64,000 nt of DNA, from contig CATNEN010000035.1 in NCBI GenBank assembly GCA_950097015.1, positions 1,116,001 to 1,180,000 on the forward strand. The letters are read 5' to 3'. The notes below the pieces were generated by a model. That model saw nothing but the letters and a program-made list of their open reading frames with translations, did not search any database and was not told the DNA's origin. The stretch comes from Macrostomum hystrix. Taxonomy: Eukaryota > Animalia > Platyhelminthes. Of this stretch, positions 24,401 through 38,091 are shown one piece after another; the first letter of the stretch is position 1; the number at the start of each line of letters is the position of its first letter. A program made the position numbers and the translations under genes.

Positions 24401-27400
24401 TAGATGTGCCCTGTGTGTCACACAGGTGTGGCTAGATGTGCCCTAGCCCCTATGTCATTCTAGTCTCTATCAGTTCATGAAACAGTTAAGAAGGCACATT
24501 ACAAGTGCAAAACTGCATAGTTCAGTTAGCTTATTCTTGTCAGTTGCATTTCTTCAACCTATATTTAATTAAATATTGTGCAAGAAATGTTATTTCTGTG
24601 TTTAGTATGCTGCCCCCACTAAAAGCAACACTCCATAAATTAATGGCCTCTCAACCACCCCAACGCCATGGCTACAACGGAAATTGACAAAATGCTTGAC
24701 GTTGCAAAGGCCTTCATTTGTTAGCTAGTTCACTGAATTAGAAAATAAAACCCACCCTTCTCACTCTCTGTCGCTACAAATTGCAGATCTAAAGACCCAA
24801 CTGAACAGACAGGTGTGTTGTCAGAGCTTCAGAGGAAAAAATGAAAGAGAGGAAATTATGGAAAGCGCGCTGCACCTGCTAGCCCTGTCCCTCTATGTAA
24901 TCTCAGTTTTAACACAGGCTAAACAGAATGGCATTAGCGATAAGATTAGCAGCTAGAAGCCTAATTAATTCCATCTATTTCGCTAATGCTTTTGCTTGTC
25001 ACATGTTTTGTATCGAGTTTCGATAGAAAATCCGCACGCGCATGCAGCCGGCCCATTACATCTATCGAATTTTCCTCACTTCCCATTGAAAGCGAAGAAA
25101 AAAGCCTATAAGATTCTGTGAAAAGTGCATTGCAACCCCGGATTCCCGGAACGAATAATTCCCCGGATTTGATGAAATCCCGGGATTTTTGAATTTCATA
25201 TTTCCCGGGATCAGAATCCCATGATCTTCTGCTATTTCCCGGGATTAAAATATTGTAGTATTTCCCTGGATTTTCAATCTTCTAGTATTTCCCGGGATTA
25301 AAAGCGTCTAGTATTTTCCGGTAAAGGGGGGATAGGTCGGGAAATTGCAATGCCTACTCTGCAATGAAGGTTTCTTTTGTTCTTATTTTAGACTGAATAC
25401 AACCTAGCGGGTAGTCTTCACCTAGCATTCCGTATCAGTCGCTATTGAGTGCGAGTTTCAGCTGAACAAAATCTGGGCTATATGTTGAATACAAGCAGAG
25501 AGACAGAATAGAATTTAGCTGCCTACTCAAACTCCAACTCAAACCTATAGCCACTCAGATTGTTAGAATTCGCCCTTAGCATGACAGCCTAGTTTCCACT
25601 TGGGTTCGTTGGCAATTTCAAGATTAAACTAGAACGCTAGGCATGCAGAAAAAAAATAGTTTGCAGACGCACCAAAGGAGGCAGTTAAGAGGGCCTTGTG
25701 TATCTAGAATACTTACTTAACTGAGTCATGCCTAGGTGGGTTTATTGAGCATACTGTGTTCTGCAGATCGCACTTCAGTGCTATATATAGACTGAGAGCT
25801 TTATTCTAATTGACGACTGTCTCATTAAATACGACCGCAAATGAATGCGTGTCAGCTGTTTCATTCAAATTACGTCAACAGACAATCTGACAAGTACTTT
25901 GAATAACTCAACTGCAGCAAACTTCAGGTTGGCGGGTCATTGCTTTTTTGTTATTTTAGACTGTCATAATGCTAGTGACCCTTCCCTTGCGCGGGTTGAT
26001 TGTCGGAGAAACAACAATAATACTAGGTGTATATCGTGTTGCTTAGTGTGTGATATACCTTTTAGTGGAAATCTAATGATGGCATTGAAACTGCAGTAGC
26101 AGCAGTAGCACTCATTTTACCTCATTCGTTTGATTGAAAACTAATAAGAGTGACAAGACAGAGAGACAGGAGAGACGAGGTGATATAGAGAGAGGAAGGA
26201 GGGAGAGGAAGGAGGGAGAGGTAGGAGGGAGAGGTAGGAGGGAGAGGTAGGAGGGAAAGGAAGGAGGGAGAGGAAGGAGCGAGAGGAAAGAGTGAGAAGG
26301 AAGGAGAGGAAGGAGGGAGAGGAAGGAGGGAGTGGAAGGAGGGAGAGGAAGGATGGAGAGGAAGGAGGGAGAGGAAGGATGGAGAGGAAAGAGTGAGAAG
26401 GAGGGAGAAGAAGGAGGGAGGAGGGAGAGGAAGGAGGGAGAGGAAAGAGTGAGAAGGAAGGAGAGGAAGGAGGGAGGAGGGAGAGGAAGGAGAGAGGAGG
26501 GAGAGGAAGGATGGAAAAGGAGGGAGAGGAAGGAGTGAGAGGAAGGAGGGAGAGGAAGGAGGGAGAGGAAGGATGGAGAGGAAGGAGGGAGAGGAAGGAT
26601 GGAGAGGAAAGAGTGAGAAGGAGGGAGAAGAAGGAGGGAGGAGGGAGAGGAAAGAGTGAGAAGGAAGGAGAGGAAGGAGGGAGGAGGGAGAGGAAGGAGG
26701 GAGGAGGGAGAGGAAGGAGGGAGAGGAAGGATGGAGAGGAAGGAGGGAGAGGAAGGATGGAGAGGAAAGAGTGAGAAGGAGGGAGAAGAAGGAGGGAGGA
26801 GGGAGAGGAAGGAGGGAGAGGAAAGAGTGAGAAGGAAGGAGAGGAGGGAGGGAGGAGGGAGAGGAAGGAGGGAGAGGAAAGAGTGAGAAGGAAGGAGAGG
26901 AGGGAGGGAGGAGGGAGAGGAAGGAGGGAGGAGGGAGAGGAAGGAGGGAGAGGAAGGAGGGAGAAGGAAGGAGAGGAAGGAGTGAGAGGAAGGAGGGAGA
27001 GGAAGGAGGGAGAGGAAGGATGGAGAGGAAGGAGGGAGAGGAAGGATGGAGAGGAAAGAGTGAGAAGGAGGGAGAAGAAGGAGGGAGGAGGGAGAGGAAG
27101 GAGGGAGAGGAAAGAGTGGGAAGGAAGGAGAGGAAGGAGGGAGGAGGGAGAGGAAGGAGGGAGGAGGGAGAGGAAGGAGGGAGAGGAAGGATGGAGGTAG
27201 GAGGGAGAGGTAGGAGGGGTTCAGGAGGGAGAGAAATAGCGGAAGGCACGATGCTTGGCAGAGACAAGTTCAGGCCAAATAAAGGTAGTCAAGGGAGGCA
27301 GTGGGTGGGATTGAAAAAGAGGATTGCAAAAGGCTGGCTCAGCACGCAACTGTATGCTTTTTCAATTACATTAAATACTAGTTGTAGATTGATTCATCAA

Positions 27401-30400
27401 CAAAGCAGATGGTACATTAAGAGAGAGCTACTGATGAATCAGGCGCATTTGAATACTATGTAACTATGAGAAGAATATCGAGCACAGTAGCGATCTTTTG
27501 TGCGAACTGATACCCCGGGGTGGCTTGGGTGGGGCCAGGTGGTACCGAAAATAGACGATGAGAGGAGGTGGGGTAGGTTGATGGATGGCTGGATGGATTA
27601 TATGGCCTTGCTACATTATTGATTCGGCCTGAGCAAAGCTGGGTATTACATATGTCAATAAATGTTTCCCAATTCAGTGGTGCATCGGGCCGTCTGGCAT
27701 CAACCGAGTATGCTCATCAATTCGCTGACAGTAATGGACTGCGTGGGCAATGCTAGCATGCACTTTTATTGATCTACATCGTGGGCCCAAGCCGAACTCT
27801 CTCGACCAGTCTAGCTCAGCTCGATGATCGTCTGTATGTTGGCCTGTACCGGAGCCTCTACAATTATCCAATTACTCGTATATCACTGCCCGTGATAAAT
27901 CACTGCTTTTATGTGCATCTGCGACCAATCTTCACTTACAGTATTAACATAAACAGTTGTTAGCTCCCTACTTGTTAGTCACATTGCCTTCTTGGGTGCT
28001 TTCCATTATCTCCACCGCTCTGTCTCTTTTGCACTCTCATCTCTCAGGTCTCCCTCTCCCTCTCTGTCTCATCTCTAGTCTGCCTGTCCCTCTGTCTCAT
28101 CTCTAGTCTGCCTCTCCCTCTGTCTCATCTCTAGTCTGCCTCTCCCTCTGTCTCATCTCTAGTCTGCCTGTCCCTCTGTCTCATCTCTAGTCTGCCTCTC
28201 CCTCTGTCTCATCTCTAGTCTGCCTGTCCCTCTGTCTCATCTCTAGTCTGCCTCTCCCTCTGTCTCATCTCTAGTCTGCCTCTCCCTCTGTCTCATCTCT
28301 AGTCTGCCTGTCCCTCTGTCTCATCTCTAGTCTGCCTCTCCCTCTGTCTCATCTCTAGTCTGCCTGTCCCTCTGTCTCATCTCTAGTCTGCCTCTCCCTC
28401 TGTCTCATCTCTAGTCTGCCTCTCCCTCTGTCTCATCTCTAGTCTGCCTGTCCCTCTGTCTCATCTCTAGTCTGCCTCTCCCTCTGTCTCATCTCTAGTC
28501 TGTCTGTCCCTCTGTCTCATCTCTAGTCTGCCTCTCCCTCTGTCTCATCTCTAGTCTGCCTCTCCCTCTGTCTCATCTCTAGTCTGTCTGTCCCTCTGTC
28601 TCATCTCTAGTCTGCCTCTCCCTCTGTCTCATCTCTAGTCTGCCTGTCCCTCTGTCTCATCTCTAGTCTGCCTCTCCCTCTGTCTCATCTCTAGTCTGCC
28701 TCTCCCTCTGTCTCATCTCTAGTCTGCCTCTCCCTCTGTCTCATCTCTAGTCTGCCTGTCCCTCTGTCTCATCTCTAGTCTGCCTCTCCCTCTGTCTCAT
28801 CTCTAGTCTGCCTGTCCCTCTGTCTCATCTCTAGTCTGCCTCTCCCTCTGTCTCATCTCTAGTCTGCCTGTCCCTCTGTCTCATCTCTAGTCTGCCTCTC
28901 CCTCTGTCTCATCTCTAGTCTGCCTGTCCCTCTGTCTCATCTCTAGTCTGCCTGTCCCTCTGTCTCATCTCTAGTCTGCCTCTCCCTCTGTCTCATCTCT
29001 AGTCTGCCTCTCCCTCTGTCTCATCTCTAGTCTGCCTCTCCCTCTGTCTCATCTCTAGTCTGCCTCTCCCTCTGTCTCATCTCTAGTCCCACTCTCCCTC
29101 TGTCTCATCTCTAGTCTGCCTGTCCCTCTGTCTCATCTCTAGTCTGCCTCTCCCTCTGTCTCATCTCTAGTCTGCCTCTCCCTCTGTCTCATCTCTAGTC
29201 TGCCTCTCCCTCTGTCTCATCTCTAGTCCCACTCTCCCTCTGTCTCATCTCTAGTCTCCCTCTATGTCTCTGTCTCAACACTAGTCTCCTACCTTCTCTT
29301 TCATCTCTAGTCTCACTCACTCGAATCCTTACACTCTCTCTCTCTCTCTCATCCCTAATCTCGCTCTCCCTCATCCCTAATCTCACTCTCTATCGCATCC
29401 CTAATCTCAATCTCTCTCATCCCTACTCTCGCTCTCTCTCATTCCTAATCTCAATCTCTCTCATCCCTACTCTCGCTCTCTCTCATCCCTAATCTCACTC
29501 TCTCTCATCCCTACTCTCGCTCTCTCTCACCCCTACTCTCGCTCTCCAAATCAATCCCTAATCTCACTCTCTCTCATCCCTAATCTCATTCTCTCATTCC
29601 TAATCTCAATCTCTCTCATCCCTACTCTCGCTCTCTCTCATCCCTACTCTCGCTCTCTCTCACCCCTACTCTCGCTCTCCAAATCAATCCCTAATCTCAC
29701 TCTCTCTCATCCCTAATCTCATTCTCTCATTCCTAATCTCAATCTCTCTCATCCCTACTCTCGCTCTCTCTCATCCCTAATCTCACTCTCTCTCATCCCT
29801 ACTCTCGCTCTCTCTCACCCCTACTCTCGCTCTCCAAATCAATCCCTAATCTCACTCTCTCTCATCCCTAATCTCATTCTCTCATCCCTATTCTCAATCT
29901 CTCTCATCCCTACTCTCGCTCTCCCTCAATCCCTACTCTCGCTCTCCCTCTCTCGCATTTCTAGTGTTTTCCTTCCTCATCTCCTGTTTTTTCTCTTGGT
30001 CACTGCAGAAAATATTTTAACATTAGTGTGCGGTACGAGAATATCCGTCCTTACTCTGTCCATTATTAGAAAACATTTCCTTGTTCCTGCTCGCTCAGCG
30101 CCAAGCCACTAGCTATTGCAAACGCAACCTATTTTGCTTTCCCGGCACCCGGGCAGCTAATTTCAACTCCCTGCTGTCGCTGTCGCTGCTAGTTGGCGTG
30201 GGAATGCGCTTACGGCTGTCACCCCACCCAACCAGACCTCCCCTGCCGCCGGGGCGCATTCTATTTATAAAGCGCAATATGCTCCAGTTGATTGGATTTA
30301 TGCATATTTCAGTGCGAGACAATACACGCAGCGGCAAGTACAATACCTGCTTAATATAACAACCAGCCTCCCATACTTATGGCTAATTCAGAGCAAAAAT

Positions 30401-31020
30401 ACATTTTTAATATTAACCCTACACAATGCGCCCGCACTGCACAACTGCACAACTCAACAGCAGAGAGTTTGACCTGCATAATTCAACAGTGACGCCTGTT
30501 TTTTGCAAGCCTGTGTAATGTTTCACAAGCACTGCCACAAACAGGGAATTGTTTGGAATAGAACAAGAAAGGGGAGTGAGCAGTGAGCACGAATTCAGAC
30601 AGCTTAGAGACAGTAAGAAGAGCTCCTTATTTAATGATGACCAATCATGCGGGGAAATGACTCGGACCAAATGACTGGTCACTGGGGGTAATGACTGGGG
30701 ACCAAATGACTGGTCACTGGGGATAATGACTGGGGACCAAATGACTGGTCACTGGGGATAATGACTGGGGACCAAATGACTGGTCACTGGGGATAATGAC
30801 TGGGGACTAAATGACTGGTCACTGGGGGTAATGACTGAGGGTGTACTCACGGTCATCGATAAGCAGCTCCAGCGGATCCCGTGGTTCTTGCGGCTCGGTC
30901 TTGACTGCGCTGTCTGTCGCAGCCTCGGGTCGCTCAGTTTTTATTCGCTTTTTCACGGGGCCCTGGCACTCCTTGGCCAAAGTTGGGGCTTCCGTAGGCT
31001 GCTGCTGCTGTTGCTGCTGT

Positions 31021-31057
<37 letters not shown>

Positions 31058-34000
31058 CATTTTCATCGCTGCTCCTACGCTTGAAAGATCGCTTCGGACT
31101 GTAGATCTCTGTTCGATTCTGTTTATTTTAATTTAAAATGAAAAATAGTCAGGTGTGTAGTTAATTTTCTGACCAAAATCGGGCGCCGATGATCAGTAAA
31201 GCTGGTCGCCAGAAGCGGATGCTTATGTTTGCACCTGTGCCACACTGGCCTACCTTTTTCCCTCCTTTGAGTTGAAGTTTGGAAGTCCAATTAGAGGAGC
31301 AAAGAGGATTTGAGACAGATTACAGAAATGCAACATCTACGGCCCGCGCGAACTTATCCTATACGACCTAAAAGAATAAATAAAAATACACTAATTAGGC
31401 GTAGATTCAGCGGACTTTTTATGTGATAACGAGTTGGATTGTGAATCAAGAGCAGCACGCCTGCATAAGAGTGAGGAAGAAGTACTTTTCTGCGAAGCGT
31501 TTATTGAGCTGCTAAGTAATAATGGAGTACCACAAAATAAATTTGCTCAGTCAAATATTTAACCATTAACGAGGCGGCACACACTTTTTCAACTGCTATT
31601 AAATCTCATGTTTGTTAGTCAAATAAAGCTTTAGCCCAACTGAATAGAATTTTGGATTGACATCCAATTACTACGAGCTGGAAAACATTTTAACAAGTAT
31701 TTAATTGGAGCTTGTTGCAACCAACTGCTGTTTTAAGGTCAATGCATCCATTTAATTATACTTAATTGACGACTAGGAAATATAGAAGCTTCTCCTAGCT
31801 GAGGATCTGGGAAATATAGAGGCTTCTTCTAGCTGAGGATCTGGGAAATATAGAAGCTTCTCCTAGCTGAGGATCTGGGAAATATAGAAGCTTCTCCTAG
31901 CTGAGGATCTGGGAAATATAGAGGCTTCTTCTAGCTGAGGATCTGGGAAATATAGAAGCTTCTCCTAGCTGAGGATCTGGGAAATATAGAAGCTTCTCCT
32001 AGCTGAGGATCTGGGAAATATAGAGGCTTCTCCTAGCTGAGGATCTGGGAAATATAGTGGCTTCTCCTAGCTGAGGATCTGGGAAATATAGTGGCTTCTC
32101 CTAGCTGAGGATCTGGGAAATATAGAGGCTTCTCCTAGCTGAGGATCTGGGAAATTTAGTGGCTTCTCCTAGCTGAGGATCTGGGAAATATAGAGGCTTG
32201 TCCTAGCTGAGGATCTGGGAAATATAGAGGCTTGTCCTAGCTGAGGATCTGGGAAATATAGAGGCTTCTCCTAGCTGAGGATCTGGGAAATATAGAGGCT
32301 TGTCCTAGCTGAGGATCTGGGAAATATAGAGGCTTGTCCTAGCTGAGGATCTGGGAAATATAGAGGCTTCTCCTAGCTGAGGATCTGGGAAATATAGAGG
32401 CTTGTCCTAGCTGAGGATCTGGGAAATATAGAGGCTTCTCCTAGCTGAGGATCTGGGAAATATAGAGGCTTGTCCTAGCTGAGGATCTGGGAAATATAGA
32501 GGCTTGTCCTAGCTGAGGATCTGGGAAATATAGAGGCTTGTCCTAGCTGAGGATCTGGGAAATATAGAGGCTTGTCCTAGCTGAGGATCTGGGAAATATA
32601 GAGGCTTCTCCTAGCTGAGGATCTGGGAAATATAGAGGCTTGTCCTAGCTGAGGATCTGGGAAATATAGAGGCTTGTCCTAGCTGAGGATCTGGGAAATA
32701 TAGAGGCTTGTCCTAGCTGAGGATCTGGGAAATATAGAGGCTTCTCCTAGCTGAGGATCTGGGAAATATAGAAGCTTCTCCTAGCTGAGGATCTGGGAAA
32801 TATAGAGGCTTGTCCTAGCTGAGGATCTGGGAAATATAGAGGCTTCTCCTAGCTGAGGATCTGGGAAATATAGAAGCTTCTCCTAGCTGAGGATCTGGGA
32901 AATATAGAGGCTTGTCCTAGCTGAGGATCTGGGAAATATAGAGGCTTCTCCTAGCTGAGGATCTGGGAAATATAGAGGCTTGTCCTAGCTGAGGATCTGG
33001 GAAATATAGAGGCTTCTCCTAGCTGAGGATCTGGGAAATATAGAGGCTTGTCCTAGCAGAGGATCTGGGAAATATAGAGGCTTGTCCTAGCTGAGGATCT
33101 GGGAAATATAGAGGCTTCTCCTAGCTGAGGATCTGGGAAATATAGAGGCTTGTCCTAGCTGAGGATCTGGGAAATATAGAGGCTTGTCCTAGCTGAGGAT
33201 CTGGGAAATATAGAGGCTTCTCCTAGCTGAGGATCTGGGAAATATAGAGGCTTGTCCTAGCTGAGGATCTGGGAAATATAGAGGCTTGTCCTAGCTGAGG
33301 ATCTGGGAAATATAGAGGCTTGTCCTAGCTGAGGATCTGGGAAATATAGAGGCTTGTCCTAGCAGAGGATCTGGGAAATATAGAAGCTTCTCCTAGCTGA
33401 GGATCTGGGAAATATAGAGGCTTCTCCTAGCTGAGGATCTGGGAAATATAGAAGCTTCTCCTAGCTGAGGATCTGGGAAATATAGAGGCTTCTTCTAGCT
33501 GAGGATCTGGGAAATATAGAGGCTTGTCCTAGCTGAGGATCTGGGAAATATAGAGGCTTGTCCTAGCAGAGGATCTGGGAAATATAGAGGCTTGTCCTAG
33601 CTGAGGATCTGGGAAATATAGAGGCTTGTCCTAGCTGAGGATCTGGGAAATATAGAGGCTTCTTCTAGCTGAGGATCTGGGAAATATAGAAGCTTCTCCT
33701 AGCTGAGGATCTGGGAAATATAGAAGCTTCTCCTAGCTGAGGATCTGGGAAATATAGAGGCTTCTCCTAGCTGAGGATCTGGAAAATATAGTGGCTTCTC
33801 CTAGCTGAGGATCTGGGAAATATAGAGGCTTCTCCTAGCTGAGGATCTGGGAAATATAGAGGCTTCTCCTAGCTGAGGATCTGGGAAATATAGAAGCTTC
33901 TCCTAGCTGAGGATCTGGGAAATATAGAAGCTTCTCCTAGCTGAGGATCTGGGAAATATAGAGGCTTCTCCTAGCTGAGGATCTGGGAAATATAGAGGCT

Positions 34001-34504
34001 TGTCCGTGCTGAGGATCTGGGAAATATAGAGGCTTCTTCTAGCTGAGGATCTGGGAAATATAGAGGCTTGTCCTAGCTGAGGATCTGGGAAATATAGAGG
34101 CTTCTCCTAGCTGAGGATCTGGGAAATATAGAGGCTTCTCCTAGATGAGGATCTGGGAAATATAGTGGCTTCTTCTAGCTGAGGATCTGGGAAATATAGA
34201 GGCTTGTCCGTGCTGAGGATCTGGGAAAATCGTTTACCAGAACCCCAGAATAATTTGAAACAGACTCACTCCGCCTGAGTCCTGCTGCTGCTGCTGGTGC
34301 TGCTGCTGCATCTCTTCTTGCTGCATGCGCCTCAGCCAAGCCTTCTTCAATCCGACTGCCGGGGTACCAGCCACCGCAGTTGGAGGCGGCGGCGGGCTGC
34401 CAGAGGGCCCGGGCGTCCCGGTGCTGGTGATTGATCCAGTCGGCGAGGATGTTGAGTTGCTCGGCGTTGACTGCTGCTGCTTTTGCTGAGTTGGTTGCTG
34501 ACAT

Positions 34505-34552
<48 letters not shown>

Positions 34553-34990
34553 GACTGCTGATGCTGCGGCTGAAATTGATGTGGCGTCGATGGCGGCGGT
34601 GGCAGCAACGGCGGTGGAGGCAGCGGCTGCGGAAGCAGCTGAGGCGGCGGAGGCGGCAGCGGAGGCGGAGGCGGAGGTGGGGGCAGCTGCTGCTGACTGA
34701 CAGGCTGTCGAGCTAGTGGTGGCGTCGCAATCGGGCCAGCGACTGTCGAATTCGGAGTAGCCGCACTGGTTGGCCGCACCTCCTGGTTGAAGGAGGCGGC
34801 TCTACTGCGCACTCGCTGGCCCTGATGATGCGACAGCGGCGGCGGTGGCAGCGGCGGAGGCGGCGGCAGCGGCCCCAGCGCGTGCTGCTGCTGCAGCTGG
34901 TGCTGAATATGCGGATGCAAATGGTGAGCAGGCATCGAAGGCTGTGGATGCTGCTGCGGCCCCGTGGCCCGTCGGTGAGGAGCGGCTCCT

Positions 34991-35025
<35 letters not shown>

Positions 35026-37616
35026 AGCTGCGGCGGCTGCTGCATTAATTTCAGCCATAGGAGAGACCTGCCGCTGATGGTGACCAGGATGCGTCTGGTA
35101 CTGCATGAGGTGCTGCCGATTCATTTTATCTATGCTCAGCTGGAAATGTTGCTCAACGAGGTCGCTAGCGCGGTCAGTTGGCGGCAGGCAACCCGTTGAC
35201 GAAACTGGCGGCGGCTTCGGTAGAGGCGGCGGCGGCGGCTGCGCCTGCTGCGTTGGAATCGGCATCGATGACATCTGACCGGCGGCTGCAGCACCGCTAC
35301 CTCGAGGCGGCGTCTTCCGACTCATGCGAGGCTTGGCCTCCTCATGTCGGCTGTACATCCGGCTGCCGGTTGTGGTGCGAGGGGTGGAGGAAGGCTTGAT
35401 GGAAGATTTATGGAAAATATTTATGGAAGATTTCATAGAATGCTTAGAAGATTCCATAGAATGCTTAGAAGATTCCATAGAATGCTTAGAAGATTCCATA
35501 GAATGCTTAGAAGATTTCATAGAATGCTTAGAAGATTCCATAGAATGCTTAGAAGATTTCATAGATTGCTTAGAAGATTCCATAGATTGCTTAGAAGATT
35601 CCGTTACTTCCTTCAAAGGTACATTAGAAGTGATTCTGTATAAAAAATCTTGATAATTGCTTTAGATACGAGTATAATGGAGACGATAATATAAATACAG
35701 AATGCACACAAGAATGTGACAGGTGTTTGGTGGTGTTTTGGGGGTCCGGGGGGGTTTAAAAAGACTAAGAAATCCAATATTGACGACAGATGGCGCCGGC
35801 CTTGGAGACGAAAATGTACTTTAATTTTTAGCTATTAAGCTATTTGTGTACAGCTTGACTTGATTGGCTCTATTGTCCGATAATAATAAATAACAATCTT
35901 GGGGATTATTGAGCTCAAGAAGCATTGTTGTAAACATTATAGTATCATTACTCATAAAAGCTCAGATAGAAAGACCAATGACTGTACTACTGTACCACTA
36001 TAACCCCACTTTTATGCCTGCAGGTCAGATTTAGAGGTTGGGGTTGGCACTTAGCGCTTTGGGGAGACAATAAATCACTTGCATAAAGGACAGGACAAGG
36101 ACAGATGCTCGTGTGCCCCAACTGTCAGTATTATATAGCTAACAAATGCATGCAGTGTTGGAATAGAAGAGTAGTAATGCCACATTTGCGATAAAAACAC
36201 TCGGTTTTGACTCGGGGACCTTCCTCTGAAAATCTTACTGTTTCTACTGTTTAAATAAGCTGTGCTATATGCTACGAGCTATTTATAGCTGCCAGCGAAT
36301 GGGATGGGTCGATAGGACAATAGATAAGGATTGTTTGCCTTTGGAAACGAGGAGACAGATAAAATAGCAAGCAACCGACAAATCATTAGGCTTCTTGGTC
36401 TTGGTCTTGTATGCATTATAATATGAACTCTTAACTTCTACATACGAGACTTCTACTCGTATATACATAATAAATAGATATGCATGACAAGCAGAACTGA
36501 GAAACTGGCTTCAGAAAATATCAAAATAACGTCCCTAGATTTCCAAGGACAAAGAGTCCAACCAAACATAAAAACAGTGGCCCTTTAAAGTCCTTGGGAA
36601 GGGCCACATTGATACACAGCTAGTAATATTATCATGAAAGCATGATAATATTTTTATAAGTAAGGATTCTGCCGGACTTGACAATTTTATAACACACTCT
36701 CTAGATTAGAATCAAGTTTATATAAGGTCAGCCGGGCTGAGAAATTCAATAATGTCCACATTTTCGACCCTATTTATTTAATGCAAAGTTCTAACAACTG
36801 CACAGGATCGTGTAGTTTTATTTATTTCCTCTCAATAACCTCTACCCGCTGGCAACAAGATCTAGAGACTCAAATTGCGCATTTTATAATTGTAATTAAT
36901 TATGCCGCGGCCAAGGCCGAAATTCCGAAATCTAGATCACACCCATATAGAGACGTACCAAAGTTCAAGCATTGTACACTGCAAGCTAAGAATACACAAA
37001 ATGCCAATTTAAGCGCCTTATCACCAAGTTAACACACCGGAAAGATTATAAATATAACTTTCGAAGTTAATTTTCTCAATTTTCAGTGCCTAGATGATTT
37101 GAAATGCAATCCAGATGAACGACTTTAAATTTGAACACTTTTGCAGGTTAGTGACTTCAAAGCACTAGCCACCCCACCCTCCAGTCTGTCACCCTTGCAA
37201 CTTGGCCTTTAATGAATAATCAATTGGTTACTCATTGGCTACTCATAACTCATGCTGAACTTAACAAACTGAGAAACTAAAAGGATTGTGAAAATTATTC
37301 ACAATGACATTCTTTGGCTTTCATGCACACTAATTCTATAAATTTGAGGTTCAAGAAAAGTCTATGACCCTACCTGTCCATTTGACTCTGATTCCGACAG
37401 AGCTCATCCTGGTACTGCAGCAACATCCAGAATGGTGGCGACGGCATATCCGGATGCATGTGCTCCCACCTTGACCTCAGATTGCTGTAGTGAGGCTCCT
37501 TGGCTGCCAGGGCGGCTGCAGCTTGAGGGAATGCAACCGCCTGTTGCATGACCTGGCACATCTGGGCATGCGCCTGCATTCTCTGCTGGTACTCATGCAG
37601 TCTTTGCTGGTGAATT

Positions 37617-37649
<33 letters not shown>

Positions 37650-37682
37650 TGCTGCTGTTGCTGCTGCTGCTGTTGCTGCTGC

Positions 37683-37717
<35 letters not shown>

Positions 37718-37976
37718 ATGATGATGCTGCTGCTGTTGATGCTGCTGCTGTTGTTGTTGTTGCTGCTGCTGCTGCTGATGATGATGATGTTGCTGCTGCT
37801 GAAGAGCCATCATCTGCGCTCGGTGCTGATACAAAAGTAGCTGCTCAGCTTCCGTCTTTGTCATGGACGGTAGACTAGAGAGGCTACTGGATGTTGTTGC
37901 TGTAGGGTACTTGGCATTCGCAATGTTACTGCCGGCTCCATACATTGAGTTTAATAAATAGTTCTTCTCACTGTGT

Positions 37977-38008
<32 letters not shown>

Positions 38009-38041
38009 GTGGTGGTGGTGATGACTGCGACTATGATGCTG

Positions 38042-38091
<50 letters not shown>

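Noticed and set aside
27674-27963. Short unique ORFs within the large KDM3-like intron
   Set aside because: They are under 70 aa, have no homology I recognise, and the flanking exons already join in phase without them.
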